A stretch of 63,837 nt of DNA, counting the filler, from Craspedostauros australis (lineage: Eukaryota): the NCBI GenBank assembly GCA_030167865.1. It is 8 parts of 8 records of this genome, joined end to end, with 100 filler letters (N's around TTAATTAATTAA, not from the genome) between each part and the next. Parts side by side here need not be neighbours in the genome. Positions count along the whole stretch, not along the records: positions 44,064 to 49,746 come from JALAGF010003572.1; positions 49,847 to 56,916 come from JALAGF010003573.1; positions 57,017 to 61,562 come from JALAGF010003576.1; 5 more parts are not named here. One strand, given 5' to 3'. The position numbers were made by a program, and so were the translations under genes. The number at the start of each line of letters is the position of its first letter. Position 1 is the first letter of the stretch. Of this stretch, positions 46,549 to 57,183 are shown piece after piece. Below the pieces are notes generated by a model. That model saw nothing but the letters and a program-made list of their open reading frames with translations, made no database searches and had not been told where the DNA came from.

Positions 46549-48620
46549 CTACATCGTCATAACCAATTCCAATAGATCTGTCCCTGGAAGATCGGACGAT
46601 CGTGGGCTTGCGTGGGAAGGATTGGCTGCAGTGCGTCGCGACCTATTGGACTTGTCCCATCGCACCTGCTGCTGCCTCTGCTGTTCAGAGTTCGTCTCAC
46701 AATGATACTCGGCGGCATGCTGGAGGATACGAGGATATCATAGGTCCGTTGTTCGAGCTGCTCCCAATGACGGAACAGTGTCATGACTGGCTGCTCCCAG
46801 TACGCCCACAGAAGCTGCTTGTGCTCTCGTCCCTGGATGAAGAATTGGCGCAGCCATTCGTTCTCCAGCTCGTCCAGAATGATTTGTTCGGATCTCCATT
46901 GCTTGGATCCGTTGCGATGGAAGTTGTCAACGGCGGTCCTGCATTTGCGGATCATGTCGTGCACGTTGTGACCGGCCCTCAGCAAGCGATGTGTGGAGGA
47001 GAAGCGCGTGGTCGTGACTTGGTCAGCATCTGCACCATTGTTCGATGAGGTATGTACCAGCACAGTGTGCTGATGGTGATGGTTGTGATCGTCGAGCAGG
47101 TAGTAGGCACACCCCGATGGCAACGTGACAGGAATCGGCGGGCTTTCCTTCTCAACGCTGATATCGCCAAGGCGTTTCTGCTTTGGTCCTTCCGCGTTGT
47201 GCGTCACTCGCAATGCGACGGACCAGTCGTGCTCGTGCTTCTTTGCGAAGCTCATACCCGCCTTCGCATCCGCATGTCCATGAACATGCCCGCGTTGTTG
47301 TGATCCAGAAGATGACTTCGATTGGAAGTTGTTGAGATTGAACATCGTCTGATACACGGCAGTGGTGGAAAAGTGCTCCAACGAGCTGTCCACATGCCAC
47401 GACACTGTGCACTTCGACTCTCCGAACATGGGATCATTCTTGAGCCAAGACGATTGGGTCTTCATCTTGTTGATGAGCGTGATGCTGAAGCCCGCACGAC
47501 CCTGCACCGTGGGTTCTGGCACATTGTGATCCCGACGCTGCTCTCCCAACACCTCCAAATGATGCTGCGTTCGCTGTGTCAAGCATTGGGTTGAGATGAT
47601 GGATCTGATCGACGGCAACCTGGACATCCCCGTTCCACCACGATGATGTGCATGCTTCGGTGGCATCATCTGAGGGTGGCACGCTGTGGCCCTCTTGCGT
47701 ACCATCCACATTTGTATCACACCAAAGATGGCTGAACATCCTCAGGCCGAGGTACTTGTACGTCGCTTCTGGATCGCCCAGCAAGCACCATGTGACGTAC
47801 GTCTTGACACATCTGCTTCCCATCCCTCCCGGTTGCGTCACATCCGTGCGGAACCACCCAGCATGGTCCAAAGTGGACAGAGCTGATTGGACATCCCTTT
47901 CCTCCACTGTTGCGGCATCTGTCTGAGGGTTGGCCAAATCCGTGGAACGGTCCCAGACGCATCTTTCGTAGCATGTGGACATGGCGGATTGAAATGCGTG
48001 TCTGTAATCGCCCTCGTTGCGCAAGAACTCATTCATTTTGGACTGCTTCATTCTCGTTTCAAGCTGAGGGGGCTGCTTGAGCGGAAATGGTGGTGGCAGG
48101 CGTTGTCCATGTTCCATCCGACTTGTTGGGGTGGCATCGACGGAATTGTTGGGCGGGTTCAACATGCTTGACATTGCTGCTGCTGCTGCTTGACCATTTC
48201 CTCTCTTGCGTTTCTTTGCTTTGGACGAAGGGCATTGATTTGGGCGTGTGTCGCCACCACGATCGGTTGCCCACGCAGCAGCTGCGGCCATCATGAACAT
48301 CTCATCTTCGCTGCTGTCCTCATCGCTGGTGCTCCTGTTTCCGTTCTCTTTGTCAATGTGGTTGCCTTTGCCATCAACTTTGAAATCAACTCTGCCATCA
48401 ACTTTGCCATTGATTGATCCCTTCCTTCTCTCATTTCCTTCAGGCAACCAGCTACCAGCAGTGGTGATGGCTTGGTGTTTCGTCAAGGCCGTTGGCTGGC
48501 GTTGCTGTTGATGCTGTTGATGCTGTTGGCGCTTGCATTCCCTTTGCTTCAGCTTCTTTCGCTGGTCGCGAGATATAATAGTTGTGGAGCACTTCCGTTT
48601 GGAGCTTCAATGGTTGGCAT
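46549..48620 (-). pseudogene. FTO: FTO pseudogene, copy 1
   Basis: Homologous to 52036-54486; +7-bp insertion near 48575, +1 near 47589, -1 near 46730, 357-bp deletion at 46597, WHAD changed to WHVD, VTRC to VTWC. Confidence 0.9.
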
Positions 48621-49846
48621 GACGGATGGGATTGGTGCTCAATCCATCGTGGTGGCATCGGAGAACAAGTTTGTATGAGAGCAGCGTGTGGTTGAGCGGA
48701 GTAGAGTGGAGTGGAGTACAGTGATGATGTCTGCAATTCGCATTGAAGCTTTGTTGTCCTCCTTCGTCGCTTCGTTTGTTGTTGTGTTGGTCGGTTAGTC
48801 GGTTGGTTTTGGATCTTCCCACTTGATGTGTTGGGTGAAGGATTCTGTTGATGCGAACAGTGCCTCGGAAAGATACGATGGACAGCTGTTCGCATCCTCG
48901 ATTCGCTGAGAATAGTCTACAGTGGTCTAGAGAGTCCACTCTCATCTGCGGTCTACGACCTGCGAAAGAGACGGACTTCTTCTTGCAAGACCCTGAGCAA
49001 GGACTGACACAAGATCTTCCTCCTTTCTCCGTTCATGGAACCAATCGACGCACCATCACCGCACCATCACCGCATGGATCTCGAAGGCACTGAAGTCCTA
49101 CTACTAATATATAGAATAGTAGGTACTTCCAATTCAGGTTTCGCACGACTTGTGTTCCATCAAGCTCTGCATGCATGTGTTGGGTATCATCATCAGCAGC
49201 AATGTCCATCCTCCTCCTTCGCGGAAAGGCTGCGAGTATTTTAATATTATCGATTCTACTATACTTGTCAAGTGCAATCCTGTGAGCTACACAAGCAACG
49301 TCCCTCTCCCCACAACATTCTTGCGTCATCTGATGCCTTGATTCCCATGAACATTCTACCACTTCCTGGTTCTGTTCCGAACGGTCTTGTTTCTGCTTCG
49401 GTTTCCCTCTCACGTCAGCACTTCCGATTGGTCGTCCTCCTCGACCATAGCCTCGACCATAGCCTCGTACGGATAGCTGCGCTACTCGCGGATCCCTCCG
49501 TTGCTGAATCGCCGCGATTGTTGTCTGCTCGTAGTTCGTACCATCGTCATCACCGCCACAGTGCGCGTGCGTTCATGTTCTTCTGGTCGCCCTCACGCCT
49601 AGGCATCCATCTGGCTGGAACTCATCTCGTTTGGCTTCGCTCCTTTCATACAATGTTTGCCTTGTGAGGTTCCAGCAAACAGCCTTCGCGCGATTGTTGG
49701 CCACCAAAGAACAACAAATTTGTCTGTGGCATTTTATCAACCAGACNNNNNNNNNNNNNNNNNNNNNNNNNNNNNNNNNNNNNNNNNNNNTTAATTAATT
49801 AANNNNNNNNNNNNNNNNNNNNNNNNNNNNNNNNNNNNNNNNNNNN

Positions 49847-50366
49847 GTTCACTGATGTGATCTCGTTCAATCCACCGCTGTCGTTTTCAGCAAGTGATGG
49901 CGTGGTCGCCATCCGCATCGACACTAGCACAAACCAATTGAGGGATATCGCTAACAGCATTGAGCCAATTCCGTCAGATTGGTTCGACTGCCAGAACGGC
50001 CCATTCACCATGTTCACGGGGATTTCGAGTGGCGTCGTTGGTGACAATCCTCCTCCTCTATTCAAAGGCATCTTCGATTACTTCATGGGATCGTTGGAGT
50101 CCTGCAACGGAAAATCGAAGATGCCGTCCGCTGTGCCATCACCCGCACCATCAACTCTTGCATCGTCCACTTCCTCATTCACTCCGTCTTTTCCACCATC
50201 TGCATCGCCGTCAAACCTTCCAAGCAACACAGCCAGCGGGGCACCTTCGATGCAGCCTACTTATGCACCTACCAGCTCAGCTTTCTCACCAATGATCCCT
50301 TCCACGGTATCCGTCATGCTGGTGATGGCCTTATCAATCATGACAACAGTCACGTTGCTAAACTAG
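49847..50366 (+). CDS. C-terminal fragment of a cell-surface protein, identical to 44064-44583
   Basis: Identical translation. Confidence 0.7.
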
Positions 50367-50397
50367 GCTGTGAAATTGTCACGAAGACCATTCCTGC

Positions 50398-51871
50398 TCA
50401 TTCTTCAAAGTAGACCCTCCAAAAACACAGACCGCCCGGCGGCGCTGCAAAATTGTTTGAGCGATCCATCCTCTCGATCCTTCGCATCCATCGGTTGGGT
50501 TGTTCGTCGTTGCCATGTGGCTCTTCGATGGTGGCTGAGGCATCCAGCAGCAGCGAGTTCACCATCTTGCGAATCATTCGTTTGAGAAATCGGTTTGCGC
50601 GGATTTGAAAGATGAGAGCGCTTTCGTATTCCGACCGTCCCGCCGCCGCTGCTGCTACAGCTGCTACAACTGATGGCGATGATGATGATCCTTCCTGTTC
50701 ATGCTTGCGCCATACGTTGGTGAAGCCCGGAATGGCATCCTCCAACTCAGCGAGGCCAGATGCGCGGAGCTGTTGGTGATCCTTGGATACTTCATCTACG
50801 TCTCCAACATCGACGCTGCCCGAATCCGTCACCAAACCAACATCGTCCTTCTTGAATGGTGCAATCTGCCGACTGTGTCAATATCTTGCCTTTGCTCAAC
50901 GAGGTGTAATCAATTGACTGGTTCATGACAGATGCAAAGAACTGGTTCACCGTCTTCACCATGAGTCTGGTGTATTGAAGACATACTGTCTTGCGCAAAG
51001 GAAGGATGTAGATGTATTCACGAACGGTCGCTTGGAATGTGGGATGGAAGCTGGATGACACATGATATGCATCATGAATCTTCACGAATGGTGTGGTACT
51101 AGTTCGATCGCTGAGCTTAAGAGCATCCCATGCTTCTTCCTTGCCATCTCAAGTTGCATCTGTCGCATTGACTTCATTGACTTCATTCGCTTCATGTGTT
51201 TCACTTCTACCATCTCGCAACAACCGATTGACATCCATGACTAGACGATCGAGATCTGGTGTGGCCGTTGATTTGGCTGATAGCGAGAAGGAGAGCACGT
51301 TCGCCTTGGCCGAAACACCAGCATCCGTCCGGCCTGCAACGTTCAGTCGGACGATTGTCTCAGCCTCGATGATGCCTTGATACCGCAAACACTTGGACAC
51401 TGCGTCTGTGAGGACGCCGCGGACCGTCGGCGCAGTGATGGTGGGGTTGCACTCGTATCCGCCCGGGAAGGAGGGTCCATGGTACGATACGATCAAGGCG
51501 TACGTTGGTCGCAACCGCCGCCGCGGATCTCTGTGTGGCACGAACGGTGGGAATCGTGGCGGTTGTGGCATGTGGAGATCCTGGAAGAGTTCTGGAATGC
51601 CTGAGAACTGACAGGAATCATTGGGAGGTAACTCGTCGATGAAAGGATGCCTGTATTTGCCTGCTTGATACGGTTGGTCATCCTGAGATTGTGGCACGTC
51701 ATGGCGGAGATTGTTGCTCTGTCGATCTGATGGCTTCCATGATGACTGCCATGGTGGCTTCTGCGCTGAGGGTTGGAAGAACGCGGTGGATCTACGGGGA
51801 GATAGGGCAACGCGCAGTATGCCGAAGATGACCACGGCACATCTGTAGAAACGGTCTGCTCCTCCACTCAT
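50398..51871 (-). pseudogene. truA: TruA-like pseudouridine synthase, copy 2, one in-frame stop and one +1 frameshift; N-terminus resembles a bipartite targeting peptide
   Basis: Same TruA motifs; TGA at 51149-51151 (CCA in copy 1); extra base near 50835 shifts RCW-LVT; introns removing these lesions are not excluded. Confidence 0.75.
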
Positions 51872-52035
51872 GATGCCATAGCTTTCTCCTTCTCTTCACA
51901 AGTATTATAGTATGTGCTGGCGGTACTGGTGGTCCTGGCTTGCTTGTTGCACTCCTTTGTGGACGCATCCTGCGATGTGTCCATCGCATTTCAATTGGGC
52001 AAACGTGCTACGAGTTTGGATTGGAGTGACACACG

Positions 52036-54486
52036 CTACATCGTCATGACCAATTCCAACAGATCTGTCCCCGGAAGATCGGACAACTTTCGACTTTCGA
52101 AGCACACGCCAAGCTGCTGCACATGCTCTGCGAGATCAGATAGATACGATGGTGATCCGTTGGGCATGGAGGACGTGGCGATTGAGAAACTGCCATCACT
52201 GCCGCTCGCACCAACGTCACTCTTGCGTTTGCCGTACGCAACAGGGAATGGAATTGGCCGCCCACCAACAGGGGTCCGCTTAAAGATGGGATCACTCTCA
52301 CGTTTCAACCACAGCGACCGTTTCTTGGATCGCTGTTGGAGAATGGTTGCGATAGATTCGTACAGAGCTTGGCGAGGACTTTTGGATCCCATCATGTCAT
52401 GGATGGTGGCGGAGCACTGTTTGTGTCTGGAGGAATCGAACGATCGTGCGCTTGCGTGGGAAGGATTGGCTGTAGTGCGTCGCGACCTGCTGGACTTGTC
52501 CCATCGCACCTGCTGCTGCCTCTGCTGTTCAGACTTCGTCTCACAATGATGTTCGGCGGCATGCTGGAGGATACAGAGGATATCATACGTCCGTTGTTCG
52601 AGCTGCTCCCAATGACGGAATAGTGTCATGACTGGCTGCTCCCAGTACGCCCACAGAAGATGCTTGTGCTCGCGTCCTTGGATGAAGAATTGGCGCAGCC
52701 ATTCGTTCTCCAGCTCGTCCAAAGTGATTTGTTCGGATCTCCATCGCTTGGGTCCGTTGCGATGGAAGTTGTCAACGGCGGTCCTGCATTTGTGGATCAT
52801 GTCGTGCACGTTGTGACCGGCTCTCAGCAAGCGATGTGTGGAGGAGAAGCGCGTGGTCGTGGCTTGGTCGGCATCTGCGCCGTCGCTCGATGAGGTCGGT
52901 GCCAGCACAGCGTGTTGATGGTGATGGTTGTGATCGTCGAGCAGGTAGTAGGCACACCCCGATTGCAACGTGACAGCAATCGGCGGGCTTTCCTTCTCAA
53001 CGCTGATATCGCCAAGGCGTTTCTGCTTTGGTCCTTCCGCGTTGTGCGTCACTCGCAATGCGATGGACCAGTCGCGCTCGTGCTTCTTTGCGAAGCTCAT
53101 ACCTGCCTTCGCATCCGCATGTCCATGAGCATGTCCATTAACATGCCCTTGTTGTCGTGATCCAGAAGATGACTTCGATTGGAAGTCGTTGAGATCGAAC
53201 ATCGTCTGATACACGGCAATGGTAGAAAAGTGTTCCAACGAGCTGTCCGCATGCCACGACACTGTGCACTTCGACTCTCCAAACATGGGCTCATCCTTGA
53301 GCCGAGACGATTGGGGCTTCATCTTGTTGATGAGCGTGACGCTGAAGCCCGCACGACCCTGCACCGTGGGTTCTGGCACATTGCGATCTCGACGCTGCTC
53401 TCCCAACACCTCCAAATGACGCTGCGTTCGCTGTGTCAAGCATTGGTTGAGATGATGGATCTGATCGACGGCAGCCTGGACGTCTCCGTTCCACCGTGAT
53501 GGTGTGCGTGCTTCGGTGGCAGCATCTGAGGGTGGTGCGCTGTGGCCCTCTTGCATACCATCCACATTTGTATCACACCAAGGATGGCTGAACATCCTCA
53601 GGCCGAGGTACTTGTACGTCGTTCCTGGATCGCCCAGCAAGCACCGTGTGACGTACGTCTTGACACATCTGCTTCCCATCCCTGCCGGTTGCGTCACATC
53701 CGTGCGGAACCACCCAGCATGGTCCAAAGCGGACAGAGCCGATTGGACATCCCTTTCCTCCACTGTTGCGGCATCTGTCTGAGGGTTGGCCAAATCCGCG
53801 GAACGGTCCCAGACGCATCCTTCGTAGCAGGTGGACATGGCGGATTGAAATGCGTGTCTGTGATCACCCTCGTCGCGCAAGAACTCATTCATTTTGGACT
53901 GCTTCATTCTCGTTTCAAGCTGAGGGAACTGCTTGAGCGGAAATGGTGGCGGCAGGCGTTGTCCATGTTCCATCCGACTTGTTGGGGTGGCATCGACGGA
54001 TGTGTTGGGCGGGTTCAATGTGCCTGACATTGTTGTTGTTGTTGTTGTTGCTGCTGCTGCTGCTTGGCCTTTTCTTCTCTTGCGTTTCTTTGCTTTGGAC
54101 GACGGGCATTGATGTGGGCGTGTGTCACCACCACCATCGGTTGCCCACGCAGCAGCTGCGGCCATCATGAACAGCTCATCTTCGCTGCTGTCCTCGTCGC
54201 TGGTGCTCCTGTTTCCGTTGTCTTTGTCAATGTGGTTGCCTTTGTCATCAACTCTGCAATCAACTTTGCCATTGATTGATCCCTTCCTTCTCTCATTTCT
54301 TTCAGGCAACTGGCTACCAGCAGTGGTGATGGCTCGGTGTTTCGTCAAGGCCGTTGACTGGTGTTGCTGCTGATGCTGCTGATGCTGTTGGCGCTTCTTG
54401 CGCTTGCGTTCCCTTTGCTTCAGCTTCTTTCGCTGGTTGCGAGATAGTTGCAGAGCACTTCCATTTTGGGCTTCGATGGTTGGCAT
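52036..54486 (-). CDS. FTO: FTO-family Fe(II)/2-oxoglutarate nucleic-acid demethylase (816 aa)
   Basis: VTRCLLGDPGTTYKYLGLRMFSHPW, VTLIN, LKDEPMFG...VSWHADSSL, YYLLDD.N..HQHAVL, RFSSTHR, ELENEWLRQFFIQG match FTO catalytic and C-terminal domain motifs; HxD...H triad intact. Confidence 0.93.
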   Translation of the reverse strand: MPTIEAQNGSALQLSRNQRKKLKQRERKRKKRQQHQQHQQQHQSTALTKHRAITTAGSQLPERNERRKGSINGKVDCRVDDKGNHIDKDNGNRSTSDEDSSEDELFMMAAAAAWATDGGGDTRPHQCPSSKAKKRKRRKGQAAAAATTTTTTMSGTLNPPNTSVDATPTSRMEHGQRLPPPFPLKQFPQLETRMKQSKMNEFLRDEGDHRHAFQSAMSTCYEGCVWDRSADLANPQTDAATVEERDVQSALSALDHAGWFRTDVTQPAGMGSRCVKTYVTRCLLGDPGTTYKYLGLRMFSHPWCDTNVDGMQEGHSAPPSDAATEARTPSRWNGDVQAAVDQIHHLNQCLTQRTQRHLEVLGEQRRDRNVPEPTVQGRAGFSVTLINKMKPQSSRLKDEPMFGESKCTVSWHADSSLEHFSTIAVYQTMFDLNDFQSKSSSGSRQQGHVNGHAHGHADAKAGMSFAKKHERDWSIALRVTHNAEGPKQKRLGDISVEKESPPIAVTLQSGCAYYLLDDHNHHHQHAVLAPTSSSDGADADQATTTRFSSTHRLLRAGHNVHDMIHKCRTAVDNFHRNGPKRWRSEQITLDELENEWLRQFFIQGREHKHLLWAYWEQPVMTLFRHWEQLEQRTYDILCILQHAAEHHCETKSEQQRQQQVRWDKSSRSRRTTANPSHASARSFDSSRHKQCSATIHDMMGSKSPRQALYESIATILQQRSKKRSLWLKRESDPIFKRTPVGGRPIPFPVAYGKRKSDVGASGSDGSFSIATSSMPNGSPSYLSDLAEHVQQLGVCFESRKLSDLPGTDLLELVMTM

Positions 54487-54559
54487 GACGGATGGGATTG
54501 GTGCTCAATCCAGCGTGGTGCCATAGGAGAACAAGTTTGTATGGGAGCAGCGTGTGGTT

Positions 54560-54594
54560 GAGTGGAGTGGAGTGGAGTGGAGTGGAGTGGAGTG
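54560..54594. repeat. (GAGTG)7 microsatellite upstream of FTO
   Basis: Directly visible; degenerate and shorter in copy 1 near 48693-48718. Confidence 0.9.
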
Positions 54595-57183
54595 ATGATG
54601 TCTGCAATTCGCAGTGAAGCTTTGTTGTCCTCCTTCGTCGCTTTGTTGGTTGTTGTGTTGATTGGTTGGTTGGTTGGTTTTGGATCTTCCCCGTTGATGT
54701 TTTGGGTTGAGGATTCTGCTGATGCGAACAGTGCCTTGTGGAGATACGATGGGCATCTGTTCGCATGTCCGATTCGCTTAGAATAGTCTACAGTGGTCTA
54801 GAGGGTCCACTCTCACCTGTGGCCTACGACCTGCGAAAGAGACGGGCTTCTTCTTGGAAGACCCTGAGCAAGGCCTGACACGAGATCTTCCTCCTTTCTC
54901 CGTTCATGGAACCAATCGACGCACCATCACCGCATGGATCTCGAAGGCACTGGAGTCCTACTACTATCATAGGTACTTCCAATTCAGGTTTCGCACGACT
55001 TGTGTTCCATCAAGCTCTGCATGCATGTGTTGGGTATCGTCACCATCAGCAATGTCCATCCTCCTCCTTCGCGGAAATGCTTCGAGTATTTTAATATTAT
55101 CGATTCTACTATACTTGTCAAGTGCAATCCAATGAGATACACAAGCAACGTCCCTCTCCCCACAATGTTCTTGCGTCATCTGGTGCCTTGATTCCCATGA
55201 ACATTCTACCACTTCCTGGTTCTGTTCTGAACGGTCTTGTTTCTGCTTCGGTTTCCCTCTCCGTTCGGCACTTCCGATTGGTCGTCCTCCTCGACCTCCT
55301 CGTCGACCATAGCTCGTACGGATAGCTGGGCTACTCGCGGATCCCTCCATTGCTGAATCGCCGCGACTGTCGTCTACTCGTAGCTCGTACCATCGTCATC
55401 ACCGCCACAGTGCGCGTGCGTTCATGTCCTTGCGGCCACTCTCACACCCAGGCATCCAGCTTGCTGGAACTCATCTCGTTTGGCTTCGCTCCTTTCATAC
55501 AATGTTTGCCTTGTGAGGATCCAGCGAACAGCCTTCGCGCAATTTTTTGTCACCAAAGAACAACAAATTTGTCTGTGGCATTTTATCAACCCGATGCAGG
55601 TGACATGTTACAAGTCACGGACAACAAGTGTCATGTCGGTTGTAACGTGTGGGACATGTCACTCCCGAAAGTGTCTCTAAGCGTACTCTGTTCGAGCGCG
55701 CCAGAAAGGCACTGAATTCGGTGATGTCCACAATCTTCAACGCCGCCGCTTCTCGCCTCAAGTGAACTCCTGTTGTTTGGCACAGGCAGCATTGTCGACC
55801 TCATCTTGCACGCTCTGGCCACGAAGGAGCAGTCTCCACCACGAACATGCAACGTCGCAGGCGGGGAAGCTTCGCTCTCCTTGATCTCCTCCTGTGGGAG
55901 TTGAGGTAAACGCAGGCGAAGACCTTCTTGTCGCAGAAAAGCCACCTGGTCGAACTGGTCACAGACTAAATTAGTGCTTTGGGGCAGCCCTTCATCAGAC
56001 TTGCACGATTCTCGCCATTTCCTATGTGCGGGTGCCTTCTTCGCGTTCTTGGCTGCCACCTCCACCGTTTCCGTGGCGCTGTGTGTTTGTCTTGTGCCAT
56101 TTTTTGTGCTGCTTTCGCTGCTCAGCCTTCTCGATTGGATTCGCGTCCATATTCCTGATCTACGTTCGTTCCTTCACATATTGAATGGCACACGGTAGTC
56201 TGCGCGATCTCCACCCTTCATCTCTCTCTGTCTCGTTAGCTGCTGCGTTTCTGTCCCAGTCTTCACATACTACTTGTTTTCCCTCGCGCTCGATTTGCAA
56301 ATATCTTCCTCCCTCTTGTAGTGGACCAAACATGTTTATTATGGTTGATTCGTGTCAGGTACGGCTCTTCCTTGCGCCGCTCTGTAGCCCTCTTATTCGC
56401 TTTTCCATCCTTTCTCTGTGGTGGTCCTTTTTCCTTCTTGTGTCCTGTCCGCTCCATGGTTGATCCCTGCATTCTTTACCTCACGCTTTGTTTGGCGGTG
56501 TTCATTCTGCGCCACATCTGCCAAGTGGTCGCAACTTGTCCATTCCACTCTTTGCAGCCCATGGCTATGACTACATCTCGGTCAAGCACTAGGCGTAGTT
56601 CCCCCTGTCCCACAGACCGACATCGTCACCAGCCGCGCTGGTGGCACTGTTGTTGTCGGTTTGGATGTCATCTGTGTGTTCGTCTCTCCATCCTTCCGTC
56701 CATCCAGTCATTCTTTGATGTCTCCCGTCCTCCGTCCCACATCGCCAGCCTGTTCTTCTGTCTCTACAAAGTTCTATCCCTCTGCAGCAAAATATCTCTT
56801 CACCTACGCACACAAATCTCGCCACATTCATGGTGTTGCGATTTGCACATTCCTCTCCTCTGTCATCCACTTCAGTGACCCGCATGTGTTGTTCCTGTTG
56901 CTATTGTTACCTTTTGNNNNNNNNNNNNNNNNNNNNNNNNNNNNNNNNNNNNNNNNNNNNTTAATTAATTAANNNNNNNNNNNNNNNNNNNNNNNNNNNN
57001 NNNNNNNNNNNNNNNNCTGTCGTCATCGTCGTCGTGGTTGGTTTCCATCTCTCGTTAAGTGCATGGTACATACGTGCATACAAACTACCCGTATCGTGTG
57101 TACGAGTATGCATGTATGTATGTACCGCTCAATAGATGCAGATATGGCATACGTCCACAGAGTATACGTATCCATCCATCCAT

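Larger units (their letters stand above)
44064..49746. repeat. Segmental duplicate copy 1 (paralogue or divergent haplotype of 49847-55571)
   Basis: Collinear with copy 2; no difference seen in the first ~586 bp, then many substitutions and indels. Confidence 0.92.
49847..55571. repeat. Segmental duplicate copy 2
   Basis: Collinear with 44064-49746. Confidence 0.92.

Noticed and set aside
54780..56300. Coding-like fragments upstream of FTO (possible third decayed gene)
   Set aside because: No consistent frame or recognisable homology
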